Assembly: GCA_937915915.1 (NCBI GenBank)
Contig: CALGGN010000197.1
Coordinates: 1-38,488 of the forward strand
Source of the DNA: an uncultured Selenomonas sp.
GTDB lineage: Bacteria > Bacillota > Negativicutes > Selenomonadales > Selenomonadaceae
Length of the DNA: 38,488 nt
Direction of reading: 5' to 3'
Position numbers and translations under genes: made by a program. Below are positions 24,358 to 33,550 of this stretch, one piece after another (the first letter of the stretch is position 1; every line of letters begins with the position of its first letter). The notes under the pieces were generated by a model. It had not been told where the DNA came from, did not search any database, and worked only from the letters and a program-made list of their open reading frames with translations.

Positions 24358-25919
24358 TGTTTGATTGGAGCAAAAAGATAGGAATCGGCCTTTTGGCGGC
24401 ATCCATTGCCGTGGCGGCAGAGGCACCTGCCTATGCGGCGCAGCAGCCCATCTGGCTGGAGGTCAACCAGTCCTATTATCTGGATACCGGCGGACAGATC
24501 ACACGGGTCGCCGTGGCGAATCCGAAGATTGCGGATGTGAATATCCTTGGGGCAAGCGCGTTGAACGTGGTCGCTTTCGGAGCGGGCACAACGACGCTTA
24601 CCGTCTGGACTTCCAACGGGCTTCGTCAGGAATTTCAGGTCGTGGTTTCCTCATCGGATTCCGGTCTGGCGGCTTTGATCCAGAAGACCATCGGGCTGCC
24701 GGGGGTCCGGGTGGACAAGATCGGCGACAAGATCATTCTGACGGGCACGGTGCAGAATCAGCGCGAAAGGGATCGTGCCGTGCAGATTGCTTCCATGTTT
24801 GTCCAAGGGAAAGCAGAAAAAGAGGATGAAGCAAACAGCAGCCTGCTCAGCGGCGGCGTGGGGGAGGTATCCGGCGCCTCTGTGGAAAAGGATGATGCGG
24901 ATATATCTCATCCGAATGTCATCAATCTCATCGAGATGGTGAATCCCGACCAGATCAATATCGAGGCAATGGTCATAGAGATCAATTCCTCCGATGCGAA
25001 GAATCTTGGTGTCCAGTATGGCTCCAGTCTCGGAGGCACGACGACCTTTGGCAATGAGGGCATCTACTTTGCGGGCGAGGGATTCGGAGCCCAGCGGGAA
25101 AAAGGAGATCGCTGGTACAACCGCAACTGGCTGTTCACGCATTTCTCCCAGATCAATGCCAGAATCAGCGCATTGATCACCCAAGGGAAGGCGCGCATCG
25201 TGTCCCGTCCGAACATCACGACCATGAGCGGTAAGACGGCGGGCATTCTGGTAGGCGGCAAGGTGCCATATCCGGTGAACAACGGGAACGGAAGCACCAG
25301 TGTCAGCTGGCAGAACTACGGCGTTGAGCTGGATCTGATCAAGCCGGTGGTGGATCAGGACAACAACGTTACGGCGAGGCTGTTTGCGTCCGTGAGCCGT
25401 CTGGACTGGGCGAATGCGGTGTCCTCCTCGGATTCCACATGGCCGGCTTTGGCGACACGTCAGGCGGAAACCATGGTCAATGTGCCGAGCGGCATGACGA
25501 TGGTGATCGGAGGACTCTTGAACTCCGAGGATTCCAAGGTGCTGAAAAAGGTGCCGATTCTGGGAAATATTCCCATTCTGGGCGAATTGTTCAAGTATCA
25601 TGAGGACAGCAATGATAAAACGGAAATCATGATTCTCATTACGCCGCGCGTGGTCAATGAGACGATGCCCACTCGCATGACGGAGCAGATGCGTGACTTG
25701 TATCGTGAAGAGCGCAGAGCAGAGGAAAAACGGCCCGAAGTGGATGTCAACGCGCCGGTTCCGTCCGTGGAGGAGGAGAAGGCGGCAAAACTGGCAGAGC
25801 AGCAGAAGGCTGTCGAAGATCCGAAGCTCACGCAGGAAGAGGATTCCATCCTTGGAAAGTATCTGCATCAGGATGTGCTTCGCAAGCCAACGGAAGATGA
25901 GAAGCAGAGTGTGAAATAA
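24357..25919 (+). CDS. cpaC: Secretin CpaC/RcpA (outer-membrane channel of the Tad pilus)
   Basis: Signal peptide, pilus-formation N-terminal domain (RVAVANPKIADVNILGASALNVVAFGAGTTTLTVW) and a secretin C-domain with VPILGNIPILGELFK. The start overlaps the cpaB stop (TGATG). Confidence 0.9.
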   Translation: MFDWSKKIGIGLLAASIAVAAEAPAYAAQQPIWLEVNQSYYLDTGGQITRVAVANPKIADVNILGASALNVVAFGAGTTTLTVWTSNGLRQEFQVVVSSSDSGLAALIQKTIGLPGVRVDKIGDKIILTGTVQNQRERDRAVQIASMFVQGKAEKEDEANSSLLSGGVGEVSGASVEKDDADISHPNVINLIEMVNPDQINIEAMVIEINSSDAKNLGVQYGSSLGGTTTFGNEGIYFAGEGFGAQREKGDRWYNRNWLFTHFSQINARISALITQGKARIVSRPNITTMSGKTAGILVGGKVPYPVNNGNGSTSVSWQNYGVELDLIKPVVDQDNNVTARLFASVSRLDWANAVSSSDSTWPALATRQAETMVNVPSGMTMVIGGLLNSEDSKVLKKVPILGNIPILGELFKYHEDSNDKTEIMILITPRVVNETMPTRMTEQMRDLYREERRAEEKRPEVDVNAPVPSVEEEKAAKLAEQQKAVEDPKLTQEEDSILGKYLHQDVLRKPTEDEKQSVK

Positions 25920-25946
25920 TTATTGAAATAATCATTTGGGAAGGGA

Positions 25947-26786
25947 GTGGGCGGCTTGCCCGGAGAGAGAATCAACGGTACGGTTCTGACCTTTTTCAGT
26001 TCGGCTTCTGCTGTGGGCAAAACGCTCATCAGCATCAATATGGCGTCCGAGCTGGCGAGAGCGGGCGCGAAGGTCTGCTTGGTGGATCTTGATCTGCAGT
26101 TCGGGGATGTCTGCAATTATCTGCTGCTGGACCCGAGTCACACCATCGCGGATCTGCAAAAGGGCATCCAAACGCAGGGCAGCGAGTGCAATGTCGCGTC
26201 CTTCCTTTGCCCCTATGAATATGACGGCACTGTGTTCTATGTGCTGGCTTCGCCCAAGAAGCTGGAAGAAGCATACAACATATCGGAGAAGGAGATCAAG
26301 GAGATCATCCGAAGGCTGCAGACGATGTTCGAGTATGTGATCATCGATACGACCTCCATGTTCAGCGTGGTCAACCTCATGCTTCTGGATCTCAGCACGA
26401 TTGTCACGTTCCTTGGCATTGTGGATTTCATACCGACCATCAAGAACATGAAAATCGGAAATGATACCTTGCGGAGCCTGAACTACGATGAAAACAAGAT
26501 CCGCTTGGTGCTCAACCGCAGCGACGCAAAGTCGCGGATCAGCATGCGGGACGTGGAGCGGCTGTTGGGGGTTCCCTTCGATTTCATCCTGCCCAACGAT
26601 TTTCGGGCGGCAAGCAAATCCGTCAAGACGGGCGTCCCGCTGGTGCTGGAGGATGAGGGAACGGAGCTCAGCAAGAGCCTGAGAGAGTTGGTGTCCCGCT
26701 ATACCAACCGTGTCTACGCGGGAGATGACTCCTACGGGACGGAGCATAGCGGCGGGAGTGGCTGGTTCAGCCGCTTGTTCAGCTAG
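25947..26786 (+). CDS. ParA/MinD-type ATPase, TadZ/CpaE-like but lacking a receiver domain
   Basis: Deviant Walker A context FFSSASAVGKTLISINMA, then LVDLDLQFGDV. No N-terminal receiver-like domain. The start is GTG 25947 or TTG 25956. Confidence 0.75.
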   Translation: MGGLPGERINGTVLTFFSSASAVGKTLISINMASELARAGAKVCLVDLDLQFGDVCNYLLLDPSHTIADLQKGIQTQGSECNVASFLCPYEYDGTVFYVLASPKKLEEAYNISEKEIKEIIRRLQTMFEYVIIDTTSMFSVVNLMLLDLSTIVTFLGIVDFIPTIKNMKIGNDTLRSLNYDENKIRLVLNRSDAKSRISMRDVERLLGVPFDFILPNDFRAASKSVKTGVPLVLEDEGTELSKSLRELVSRYTNRVYAGDDSYGTEHSGGSGWFSRLFS

Positions 26787-26797
26787 GAGGCGGGTGT

Positions 26798-27925
26798 ATG
26801 GAATATCATGTCATGCTCGTAGAGGGCAACCGCCTGATGCTGGAGCAGCTTGCCCATGCCATCAAGGAGGCGCCGGGCTTCACGCTGGCGGCGCGCTATC
26901 AGGATCCGATGGATGCCCTCGGACAGGGGGTCGTGTTCAACCCGAATCTCATTTTGCTGGATATCGACCAGCACAGCGGTACGGGCATTTTGGCGGATTT
27001 CCTCCGCGTGTTTCCGAATACCGCGATCATCTGCATGGGGGAGCGCTGGCAGTCCGAAGTGGCGAGCCATGTGGTGCAGTCGGGGGCAAGAGGATATCTG
27101 GTCAAGCCCTTTTCCGCAGAGGAGCTGCGGGAGGCGGTCGATACCTTCGGCAAGAGCGGCATGGAGGTCTCTTCCCATACGATGGCGTTCTTCAGCCCGA
27201 AGGGAAAGAGCGGCAAGACCACGCTCATTGCGAACCTCGCCATGAGCCTTGCGCAGAAGACCGGCGAGCAGGTCGGCATCATTGACGCGGACTTGCAGTT
27301 CGGGGATATGTCGGTGTTCTTCAATCTGGACGCAAAGAGCACCATTGTGGAGGCTTCGCGGGATGTGGATTTCCTGTCCCCGATTTCTCTCAACAACTAT
27401 TTCCTGCCCGTGACGGACAAGGTGAAGGTGCTTTGCGGCACGCAGAATCCGAGCCTCAATGACAAGGTGGAGATCGAGCCCCTTGTCAATGTACTGAACA
27501 TGTCGAAGAATCTGTTCCGCTATGTGCTGGTGGATATCCCTGCGGGATTCAACCCGACCTCCATCGCGGTGTGCGAGGCGACGGATACGACCTATCTGGT
27601 CGCCATGATCAACGGAGGCTACGAGATCCGCCATATGCAGCGGGCTTTGGAGATCTTCAAGGACTGGGAGGATTACAAGGATCGGGTGAAGGCAATCTAT
27701 ACGCGGGTCACGCCCTGCGACATCGCAGCGAAGCTGCAGATTGAGGAGCTCATGGGCTATCCGGTGGAGGCCATCATCCCGAATGAGTATCTGGTGGTGT
27801 CCGAAGCGGCGGACAATGGTCGCATGGCGACGGACATCCGGCCGGACAGCCAGCTTTCCCGCAGCATCAACCGGTTGGCAGACAAGATCATCGGACATAA
27901 GCATATACGGTGGGATAAGCCATGA
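26798..27925 (+). CDS. cpaE: TadZ/CpaE pilus-localisation ATPase with an N-terminal receiver-like domain
   Basis: The N terminus is CheY-like (VMLVEGN...LILLDID). It is followed by FFSPKGKSGKTTLIANLA and IIDADLQFGDM. AGGAGG RBS. Confidence 0.8.
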   Translation: MEYHVMLVEGNRLMLEQLAHAIKEAPGFTLAARYQDPMDALGQGVVFNPNLILLDIDQHSGTGILADFLRVFPNTAIICMGERWQSEVASHVVQSGARGYLVKPFSAEELREAVDTFGKSGMEVSSHTMAFFSPKGKSGKTTLIANLAMSLAQKTGEQVGIIDADLQFGDMSVFFNLDAKSTIVEASRDVDFLSPISLNNYFLPVTDKVKVLCGTQNPSLNDKVEIEPLVNVLNMSKNLFRYVLVDIPAGFNPTSIAVCEATDTTYLVAMINGGYEIRHMQRALEIFKDWEDYKDRVKAIYTRVTPCDIAAKLQIEELMGYPVEAIIPNEYLVVSEAADNGRMATDIRPDSQLSRSINRLADKIIGHKHIRWDKP

Positions 27926-28893
27926 GAGGCACGATTGCAGTTTTGATCACGGCGGCTGCCTTCTTTATCTTCCTTTACTATATCCAGAAACGGGAGACCA
28001 GCCGCAACCAGATGGTAAAGCGCATGGAATTCTTCTCCGGCAATGAGGACGAAGAAGGCAAGAAGATTGCGCTGGCGAAGAACTTGGATCTGAAAGACCG
28101 ACTCATGGAGCAGGTGCGGTTCCTGGCAAGCCACTGGAACAAAGTCCATCAGAATGATACGATGGATCTCAGGATGCAGCAGGCAGACTGGCCTTTGCTT
28201 GGCTCGGAGTTCCAGGTGATGGTGCTGTTGATTTCCATTGTTGCGGGAGTCTTTGCATTTTTGCTGACCTTGAAGCCTGTCATGGCTCTTGTGGGCGCAG
28301 GCGGCGCGGCGCTTGTCTGCATGCTGTATCTGAAGATCTATATCAGCCGCAGGCAGGCGGCATTTTTGAACCAGCTCGGAGATACCCTTGTCATGGTGTC
28401 CAACGCGCTTCGCGCGGGCTTCAGCTTCATGCAGGCCATGGAGCTCATCTCGAAGGAGATGCAACCTCCCATCGGGGTGGAGTTCCAGAAGGTCATCAAT
28501 GAGATGAACCTTGGGGCGACCTTGGAAACCGCCATGGAGAACATGGGCAGGAGGATGCAGAGCTCCGACTTCGATCTGGTGGTGACGGCTGTCCTGATCC
28601 AGCGGCAGGTGGGAGGAAATCTCTCGCAGGTGCTGGACTCCATCAGCAATACCATCAACGAGCGCATCCGCATGAGGAATGAGATCAGCTCACTGACGGC
28701 GCAGGGCAAGCTGTCGGGATTGATTGTCGGCGCGATTCCCATCTTTATCGCTTTTTTCATCTGGTCCAACAATCCCGACTATTTTCAGCCGATGCTGGAA
28801 AGCCCCACGGGAAAGGGGCTTTTGGCGGGGGCTGTCGTTCTGGAGCTTTTGGCGATTATCGTCATCCGGAAGATTATTGATATCGATGTATGA
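27922..28893 (+). CDS. tadB: TadB-type T2SS-F family inner-membrane platform protein
   Basis: 323 aa with T2SSF-type helices and the conserved region LPD-like/LRAGFSFMQAME...ERIRMRNEISSLTAQGKLSG. ATGA overlap with cpaE. Confidence 0.8.
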   Translation: MRGTIAVLITAAAFFIFLYYIQKRETSRNQMVKRMEFFSGNEDEEGKKIALAKNLDLKDRLMEQVRFLASHWNKVHQNDTMDLRMQQADWPLLGSEFQVMVLLISIVAGVFAFLLTLKPVMALVGAGGAALVCMLYLKIYISRRQAAFLNQLGDTLVMVSNALRAGFSFMQAMELISKEMQPPIGVEFQKVINEMNLGATLETAMENMGRRMQSSDFDLVVTAVLIQRQVGGNLSQVLDSISNTINERIRMRNEISSLTAQGKLSGLIVGAIPIFIAFFIWSNNPDYFQPMLESPTGKGLLAGAVVLELLAIIVIRKIIDIDV

Positions 28894-28918
28894 TGGATGA
28901 TGCAGTGGGGGTGAGGAG

Positions 28919-29110
28919 ATGCTTCCTCGGATGTTGCGGTATATTTTTCAGGTGTATCGGCAAAAGGGGCAGGGGCTTTTGGAGTATGCTTTGATTATCG
29001 CCTTTGTCATTGCCGTGGGCGTGGCGTTGGTCTCTGCCCGGCCGCAGCTCTTGGAGGCGCTTTTGGCGAGCTTTAACTCCTCTGCCGATGTGGTGAATTC
29101 GATGGATTGA
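28919..29110 (+). CDS. flp: Flp-family type IVb pilin 1
   Basis: 63 aa. KGQGLLEYALIIAFVIAV matches the Flp processing motif G/xxxxEY followed by a hydrophobic helix. Confidence 0.8.
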   Translation: MLPRMLRYIFQVYRQKGQGLLEYALIIAFVIAVGVALVSARPQLLEALLASFNSSADVVNSMD

Positions 29111-29179
29111 TTTGATGTGATGCCTTCCAAGGCTTCATATATATTTCTTTATTCAAATTTTTATGAGGGAGGAATTTTT

Positions 29180-29365
29180 ATGTTGGAAATGGTGACGTAT
29201 CTGAAGGATCGCTATATGAGCGAGAAGGGGCAGGGCATGGTGGAGTATGCTCTCATCATTGCTTTTGTTGTGGCTCTTGCGATTGTGCTCTCGTCTGATG
29301 GTGGACTTTCCGGCGCCATCGAGGGCGTCTTTGGCAGTGCTGCAAGCCAGATCAATGCACAGTAA
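29180..29365 (+). CDS. flp: Flp-family type IVb pilin 2
   Basis: 61 aa from ATG 29180 (GAGGGAGGA upstream). KGQGMVEYALIIAFVVALAI is the Flp motif. Confidence 0.85.
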   Translation: MLEMVTYLKDRYMSEKGQGMVEYALIIAFVVALAIVLSSDGGLSGAIEGVFGSAASQINAQ

Positions 29366-29385
29366 TTCTTGATGTGAACTGTCGG

Positions 29386-29415
29386 AAACAGTCTCTCCTT
29401 CGGGAGAGGCTGTTT
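29386..29415 (+). terminator. Strong hairpin after the pilin genes (intra-operon attenuator or terminator)
   Basis: AAACAGTCTCTCC-TTCG-GGAGAGGCTGTTT: a 13-bp stem with one G-U pair and a TTCG tetraloop, ending in TTT. It lies 20 nt after the flp2 stop. Confidence 0.55.
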
Positions 29416-29445
29416 CTGAATCAGTGCCCGAAAGGAGGCAGTGGA

Positions 29446-29922
29446 ATGAAGCTATGGCAGTATTGCCGTCAGAAGGGACAGTCCATCGTGGAGTTTGCCG
29501 TTGTGCTGCCTTTCTTGCTTTTGATTGTATTAGGCATTATGTATTCGGGATTTATTTATTCGGACTATGAGGCCATCAATGATTTGGCCAGGATGGCGGC
29601 GAGAGATGCGTCCGTGATGACAGCGGAGTCATATAATACGAAGGAAAGCAGTAATGCCGATGCGGCAATCATCGGATTCAGCGATTTGGAGGAGCAGTAT
29701 GAGGCGTTTGAGCTGCCGAACAATCTTTATATCTTGAACGATGTCAGTATCACATACGATGCAACGAACCAGCGTGTCGTGGTGACGGTGACGGCAAGGC
29801 TGAACCCTGACAGCAGCAGCCTGAGCAGTGCGTTTTCCGGTTTTCTGGGCGAAGGCTCGGTCTTGAACCGTCTGTCTGTGGAATATCAGATGCACTGCGA
29901 GAACGCTTTGACAACTACTTGA
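29446..29922 (+). CDS. tadE: TadE-like pseudopilin
   Basis: From ATG 29446 (AAGGAGG upstream): KGQSIVEFAVVLPFLLLIVLGIMYSGF is the TadE-like N-terminal signature. Confidence 0.75.
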   Translation: MKLWQYCRQKGQSIVEFAVVLPFLLLIVLGIMYSGFIYSDYEAINDLARMAARDASVMTAESYNTKESSNADAAIIGFSDLEEQYEAFELPNNLYILNDVSITYDATNQRVVVTVTARLNPDSSSLSSAFSGFLGEGSVLNRLSVEYQMHCENALTTT

Positions 29923-29990
29923 TCGGATGAAAATGAGCATGGGGATTTTCCCTGTGAAATGAATAGAACCTTTTTTGAGGGGGAGTGAAT

Positions 29991-31397
29991 ATGTCATTGC
30001 TGACGCGCCTGGGGCGCACAGATGGGAAGAATCTGCAGGTCATGATCTTTTCCTCCCGTAAAGGCGGCGAGACGAATGTCGCCGAGGATCGGGCGCAGAA
30101 TCTGAAACTCATGATCCATCGCAAGATCGTGGAGGAGATCACGCCCGAGGAGCAGCGCATTATTTCTGCGAAGAACATGTCCGATGATGATCTCGGTCTG
30201 GTGAATGATATCATCGACAAGTACTTCAAGCGGGTACTGGAGACGAATCCCTATGCGGTGCCGCTGGGGGAGCGCACGCGCCTTGTCGCGGAGATCCGTG
30301 ATGAGATGCTGGGGCTTGGTCCCTTGGAGCCGCTTTTGAAGGATGATACCATCACGGAGATCATGGTCAACGGGCCGAAGAAGATTTTCGTGGAGAAGCT
30401 GGGGAAGCTCACGTTGACGGATGTGAAGTTTCAGGACAACCAGCATCTCATGAATATCATCGAGCGCATCCTGACGCCTTTGGGACGCCGCATTGACGAG
30501 TCCTCGCCCTTGGTGGATGCGCGTCTGGCGGACGGCTCCCGTGTGAATGCGATCATTCCGCCGCTTTCCCTTGTGGGGCCTGCGGTGACCATCCGCAAGT
30601 TCTCAAAGAAGCCGTTTTCCGTTGAGAATCTCATCGCTTTCGGCACCATGGACGAGCGCATGGCACAGTTTCTGCGTGCCTGTGTGAAGGCGCGTATCAA
30701 TATCCTTGTGTCGGGAGGTACCGGCTCCGGCAAGACGACGACCCTCAATGTGCTGTCCTCCTTTATCCCGAATACGGATCGTATCGTGACCATCGAGGAC
30801 GCGGCGGAACTCCGCCTGCAGCAGGATCATGTGGTGACGTTGGAATCCCGTCCCGCGAATCTGGAGGGCAAGGGCGCGATTACGATTCGCGACCTTGTGC
30901 GGAATGCCCTGCGTATGCGCCCCGATCGCATCATTGTGGGAGAGGTGCGTTCCGGCGAGGCGCTGGACATGCTTCAGGCCATGAATACAGGCCATGACGG
31001 CTCCCTCACCACCGCCCATGCAAATACGCCCCGCGATGCTTTGAGCCGCTTGGAGACCATGGTGCTTATGTCGGGTCTCGATCTCCCGGTACGAGCCATC
31101 CGTGAGCAGGTTTCTTCCGCTATCGACTTGGTATTGCAGCAGTCCCGTATCCGTGACGGCAGCCGCAAGGTGACCTATATCACGGAGGTCCAGAAGATGG
31201 AGGGCAATACCATCACGACGCAGGATATTTTCCACTATGTGCAGACGGGATTCGATTCTGATGGAAAGTCCGTCGGGCATTTCGAATCGACCGGTCTGCA
31301 GCCGGGTTTTCTGGAAAAGTTCGCCATGAACGGCGTAGAGCTGCCGGAGAACTTCTTTGAGGCAGGGCCGGCTTCGGATGGAGGAGGTATCTTCTGA
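29991..31397 (+). CDS. cpaF: CpaF/TadA secretion ATPase
   Basis: Walker [21 protein letters not shown], Walker B-like RIIVGEVR and His box [16 protein letters not shown] 29991 follows GGGGGAG. Confidence 0.9.
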   Translation: MSLLTRLGRTDGKNLQVMIFSSRKGGETNVAEDRAQNLKLMIHRKIVEEITPEEQRIISAKNMSDDDLGLVNDIIDKYFKRVLETNPYAVPLGERTRLVAEIRDEMLGLGPLEPLLKDDTITEIMVNGPKKIFVEKLGKLTLTDVKFQDNQHLMNIIERILTPLGRRIDESSPLVDARLADGSRVNAIIPPLSLVGPAVTIRKFSKKPFSVENLIAFGTMDERMAQFLRACVKARINILVSGGTGSGKTTTLNVLSSFIPNTDRIVTIEDAAELRLQQDHVVTLESRPANLEGKGAITIRDLVRNALRMRPDRIIVGEVRSGEALDMLQAMNTGHDGSLTTAHANTPRDALSRLETMVLMSGLDLPVRAIREQVSSAIDLVLQQSRIRDGSRKVTYITEVQKMEGNTITTQDIFHYVQTGFDSDGKSVGHFESTGLQPGFLEKFAMNGVELPENFFEAGPASDGGGIF

Positions 31398-32395
31398 TGG
31401 GCAGTCTTGCGGTATTCGTCAAGTTCCTGTTTGCCCTTTCCGTTGCGCTGTTCACCTTCCTTGCCCTTTTTTCTATCATCAAGCAAAAGATTGGGGACAG
31501 AACGCTGATACAGAAGCGCATGCTTGGTATCGAGAACATGAACGTGAACCTGCGGAAGCCGTCTGTCGTGCAAAGCATGATGGAGCAGCAGGAGCGTGAG
31601 CACCAAAAAGCGCGAAAATTGGAGGACACGCCCTTTGTGGAGCGCGTCATCCTGCCGATGCGGAGGAAGGCAGAAGCTTTCCTGCTGCGCTTCACGTCGG
31701 GCTATATCCGTGATGCCATTGAGCACCAGCTTCTGCTTGCGGGGCGCCCGGCAAGGGGGCGTTCGGGGCCCTTTGTTCTGAAAATGGTGCTGTGCGCCGT
31801 GGTTGTGGGAGGCTTCCTTTTCTATGTTCTTTCGCACAAGCAGGGGATGCCTATGCCGCAAAAGATGGCATTCTTCGCCCTTGGAACTGTCGGCGGCCTG
31901 ATGTTGCCCCTTCTTGTGCTGCGCAGCCAGATACGGAAGCGGCAGGAGGCCATCAAGAAGCAGCTCCCGGAGGTGCTGGATCTGCTCTGCGTCAGCGTTC
32001 AGGCGGGGCTTTCCTTTGACGCTGCTCTGCGGAAGATCGTTGTGCGGATGGGTGGGCCCTTTGTCGCGGAGTGCCGCAAGATGCTGGACGATGTGCGCAT
32101 GGGCATGACGCGGCGGGATGCGCTGCTGGGCGTGGGCTATCGCTGCGGCGTGCAGGAGGTGTCTCTCTTCGTGACCTCCATCATCCAGGCGGAGCGCCTT
32201 GGCTCGAATCTCAGCAATACCTTGAGCATTCAGGCGGACAACGTGCGGGAGCGGCATCGGCAATGGGTCAAGGCCATGGCGCTCAAAGCGCCGGTCAAGA
32301 TCGTGCTGCCGCTGGTGGGCTTCATTCTGCCCGCTATCTTCATCGTGGCGCTGGGGCCTGCGCTGTTCAATGTGGCAAAGAATCTGTTCAAGTAA
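31397..32395 (+). CDS. tadC: TadC-type T2SS-F family inner-membrane platform protein
   Basis: 332 aa with T2SSF layout (LPEVLDLLCVSVQAGLSFDAAL). The start overlaps the cpaF stop (TGATG). Confidence 0.8.
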   Translation: MGSLAVFVKFLFALSVALFTFLALFSIIKQKIGDRTLIQKRMLGIENMNVNLRKPSVVQSMMEQQEREHQKARKLEDTPFVERVILPMRRKAEAFLLRFTSGYIRDAIEHQLLLAGRPARGRSGPFVLKMVLCAVVVGGFLFYVLSHKQGMPMPQKMAFFALGTVGGLMLPLLVLRSQIRKRQEAIKKQLPEVLDLLCVSVQAGLSFDAALRKIVVRMGGPFVAECRKMLDDVRMGMTRRDALLGVGYRCGVQEVSLFVTSIIQAERLGSNLSNTLSIQADNVRERHRQWVKAMALKAPVKIVLPLVGFILPAIFIVALGPALFNVAKNLFK

Positions 32396-32425
32396 GAATT
32401 TCTGTGTATAACCAAAGATAAGAAA

Positions 32426-32460
32426 TCGCCTGTCGGATGTCATTTCGACAGGTGATTTTT
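32426..32460 (+). terminator. Rho-independent terminator of the tad operon
   Basis: TCGCCTGTCG-10 nt loop-CGACAGGTGA followed by TTTTT (32456..32460), 30 nt after the tadC stop. Confidence 0.7.
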
Positions 32461-32464
32461 CATT

Positions 32465-32640
32465 GTGCGCCCGGCGGCGCACGTTTCTGACCGGTGAAAG
32501 TCCGGTGCGGAACGCGAAGAATATGCGGGAGCGCCAAGGTCGTTCCGTCGGATATGGAAGGAACGGGACAGTGCACAGCCGGAACTCTTGGAGAGGATAC
32601 TTTCGAGGGACAACCTGAACAGAGCCTATATCACTCAAGT
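32465..32640 (+). mobile_element. Relic of a group II intron, class C-like: 5' end of domain I fused to the first ~18 codons of the intron reverse transcriptase
   Basis: Begins with GTGCG (the 5' splice-site consensus) 4 nt after the terminator T-run. GTGCGCCCGGCGGCGCAC...CCGGTGAAAGTCCGG...GCGAAG resembles remembered 5' ends of IIC introns. Frame 32579..32635 reads PELLERILSRDNLNRAYI, the canonical N terminus of group II intron RT/maturases. Homology then stops and no RT domains follow. Confidence 0.55.
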
Positions 32641-32653
32641 GTCAACCTATGTT

Positions 32654-33082
32654 TTATGCACGAAAATGCTGGGCGGTGGATTCTTTCACGCCGAGGTAGG
32701 TCTTGAGCGAATCCTGGAGCAGATGGGAGTAATTGACCTTTTCTTTGCGGGCGAGGATGTCAAGCCAACGAGGAATGGTTACGGTTTTGGTGGTTGATTT
32801 GTTGAGCATTTTTTCGCGGAACGGAGGCATCCATGCTTCAATCATAACAATGCTGCCGCTATCCCCGTCTGGCTTTACATCAGATACACGAGACGGTTCC
32901 GGGATAGTTTCGCCATCTTCTTCCATGCTGTATAAATGAAGCTGCAAGGCTTCTTTGGCATTTTTGAATGCATCCTCCATCGTGTGAGCGCACGGAAGAC
33001 AGCCGGGAAGGTCAGGAAACTCGATAGCGATGCCATCAGGATCATCGTAAAAAATTGCGGGATATACATAAGTATCTTTCAT
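32654..33082 (-). CDS. hicB: HicB-family antitoxin with a C-terminal RHH DNA-binding domain
   Basis: YPAIFYDDPDGIAIEFPDLPGCLPCAHTMEDAFKNAKEALQLHL is the HicB N-domain signature. The C terminus KTVTIPRWLDILARKEKVNYSHLLQDSL is RHH-like. AAGGAGG RBS. Confidence 0.85.
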   Translation of the reverse strand: MKDTYVYPAIFYDDPDGIAIEFPDLPGCLPCAHTMEDAFKNAKEALQLHLYSMEEDGETIPEPSRVSDVKPDGDSGSIVMIEAWMPPFREKMLNKSTTKTVTIPRWLDILARKEKVNYSHLLQDSLKTYLGVKESTAQHFRA

Positions 33083-33128
33083 TGCAACGAACCTCCTTTG
33101 TGTAAATCAAGAGGGGCAGGGGGTTGTA

Positions 33129-33326
33129 TTATGGGAACACAACACCTGCTTGTCTCGATATGCTGTTGAGCGTACGGCGTGGTATGTCTTTCAAGGGATG
33201 CGTGACTGTCACCGTTCCGGGCTTTGAAGGATGCTGGAAGTGGTGATGATCGCCCTTGCATCGTACTTCCCGCCATCCGTCATTGTGCAGTATCGCTATA
33301 ACTTCCCTCGATGAATAGCTTTTCAT
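33129..33326 (-). CDS. hicA: HicA-family mRNA interferase toxin
   Basis: 65 aa from ATG 33326 (AGGAGGGAAGAC upstream): SSREVIAILHNDGWREVRCKGDHHHFQHPSKPGTVTVTHPLKDIPRRTLNSISRQAG matches the HicA signature. Confidence 0.85.
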   Translation of the reverse strand: MKSYSSREVIAILHNDGWREVRCKGDHHHFQHPSKPGTVTVTHPLKDIPRRTLNSISRQAGVVFP

Positions 33327-33348
33327 GTCTTCCCTCCTTCTGATAAAC

Positions 33349-33377
33349 ATTCTAACAAGTATAATTATATGTGTCAA
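33349..33377 (-). promoter_or_regulatory. hicAB promoter TTGACA-N17-TAGAAT (minus strand)
   Basis: -35 at 33377..33372 and -10 at 33354..33349 with 17-nt spacing counted. Consensus -35. It places the TSS upstream of the RBS for ATG 33326. Confidence 0.55.
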
Positions 33378-33517
33378 TGGACGAAATAAATATTTTTATA
33401 TTTGCCGCTCGTTATGGGCGGCTCTAACATTTGGGAATTTTGCAAGATTTTCTTGTAAAAGATTTGCTGATTTTGCAATTGTACTACAATAGAAACATAG
33501 ATTTTTGGTACGGAATG

Positions 33518-33550
33518 AAAAACACTGCTTCGGGTTGAAGCAGTGTTTTT
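33518..33550. terminator. Bidirectional rho-independent terminator
   Basis: AAAAACACTGCTTC-GGGTT-GAAGCAGTGTTTTT: a perfect 14-bp stem flanked by an A-run and a T-run. It lies 64 nt downstream of the RHH gene on the minus strand. Confidence 0.7.

Noticed and set aside
23260-24426. 388-aa minus-strand ORF antisense to cpaB
   Set aside because: Arg/His/Leu-rich low-complexity translation typical of the reverse frame of a GC-rich gene, while cpaB on the plus strand has clear family signatures. The same reasoning applies to 24651..25868, 25932..26747, 26783..27904, 30603..31280 and 31235..32638 (all antisense to tad genes).
32481-32520. GGTGAAAGTCCGG motif reminiscent of a cobalamin riboswitch core
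   Set aside because: No B12 box (GCCACTG-type) and no downstream gene to regulate. The context (GTGCG start, RT N terminus, position after a terminator) fits group II intron domain I much better.
33437-33489. Two copies of ATTTTGCAA (33437 and 33470) and a TACAAT box pointing at the bidirectional terminator, possibly a ~55-nt small RNA
   Set aside because: The -35 element is poor at any sensible spacing. The 9-mer repeat sits in AT-rich DNA, and nothing supports a function. It cannot be supported from sequence alone.
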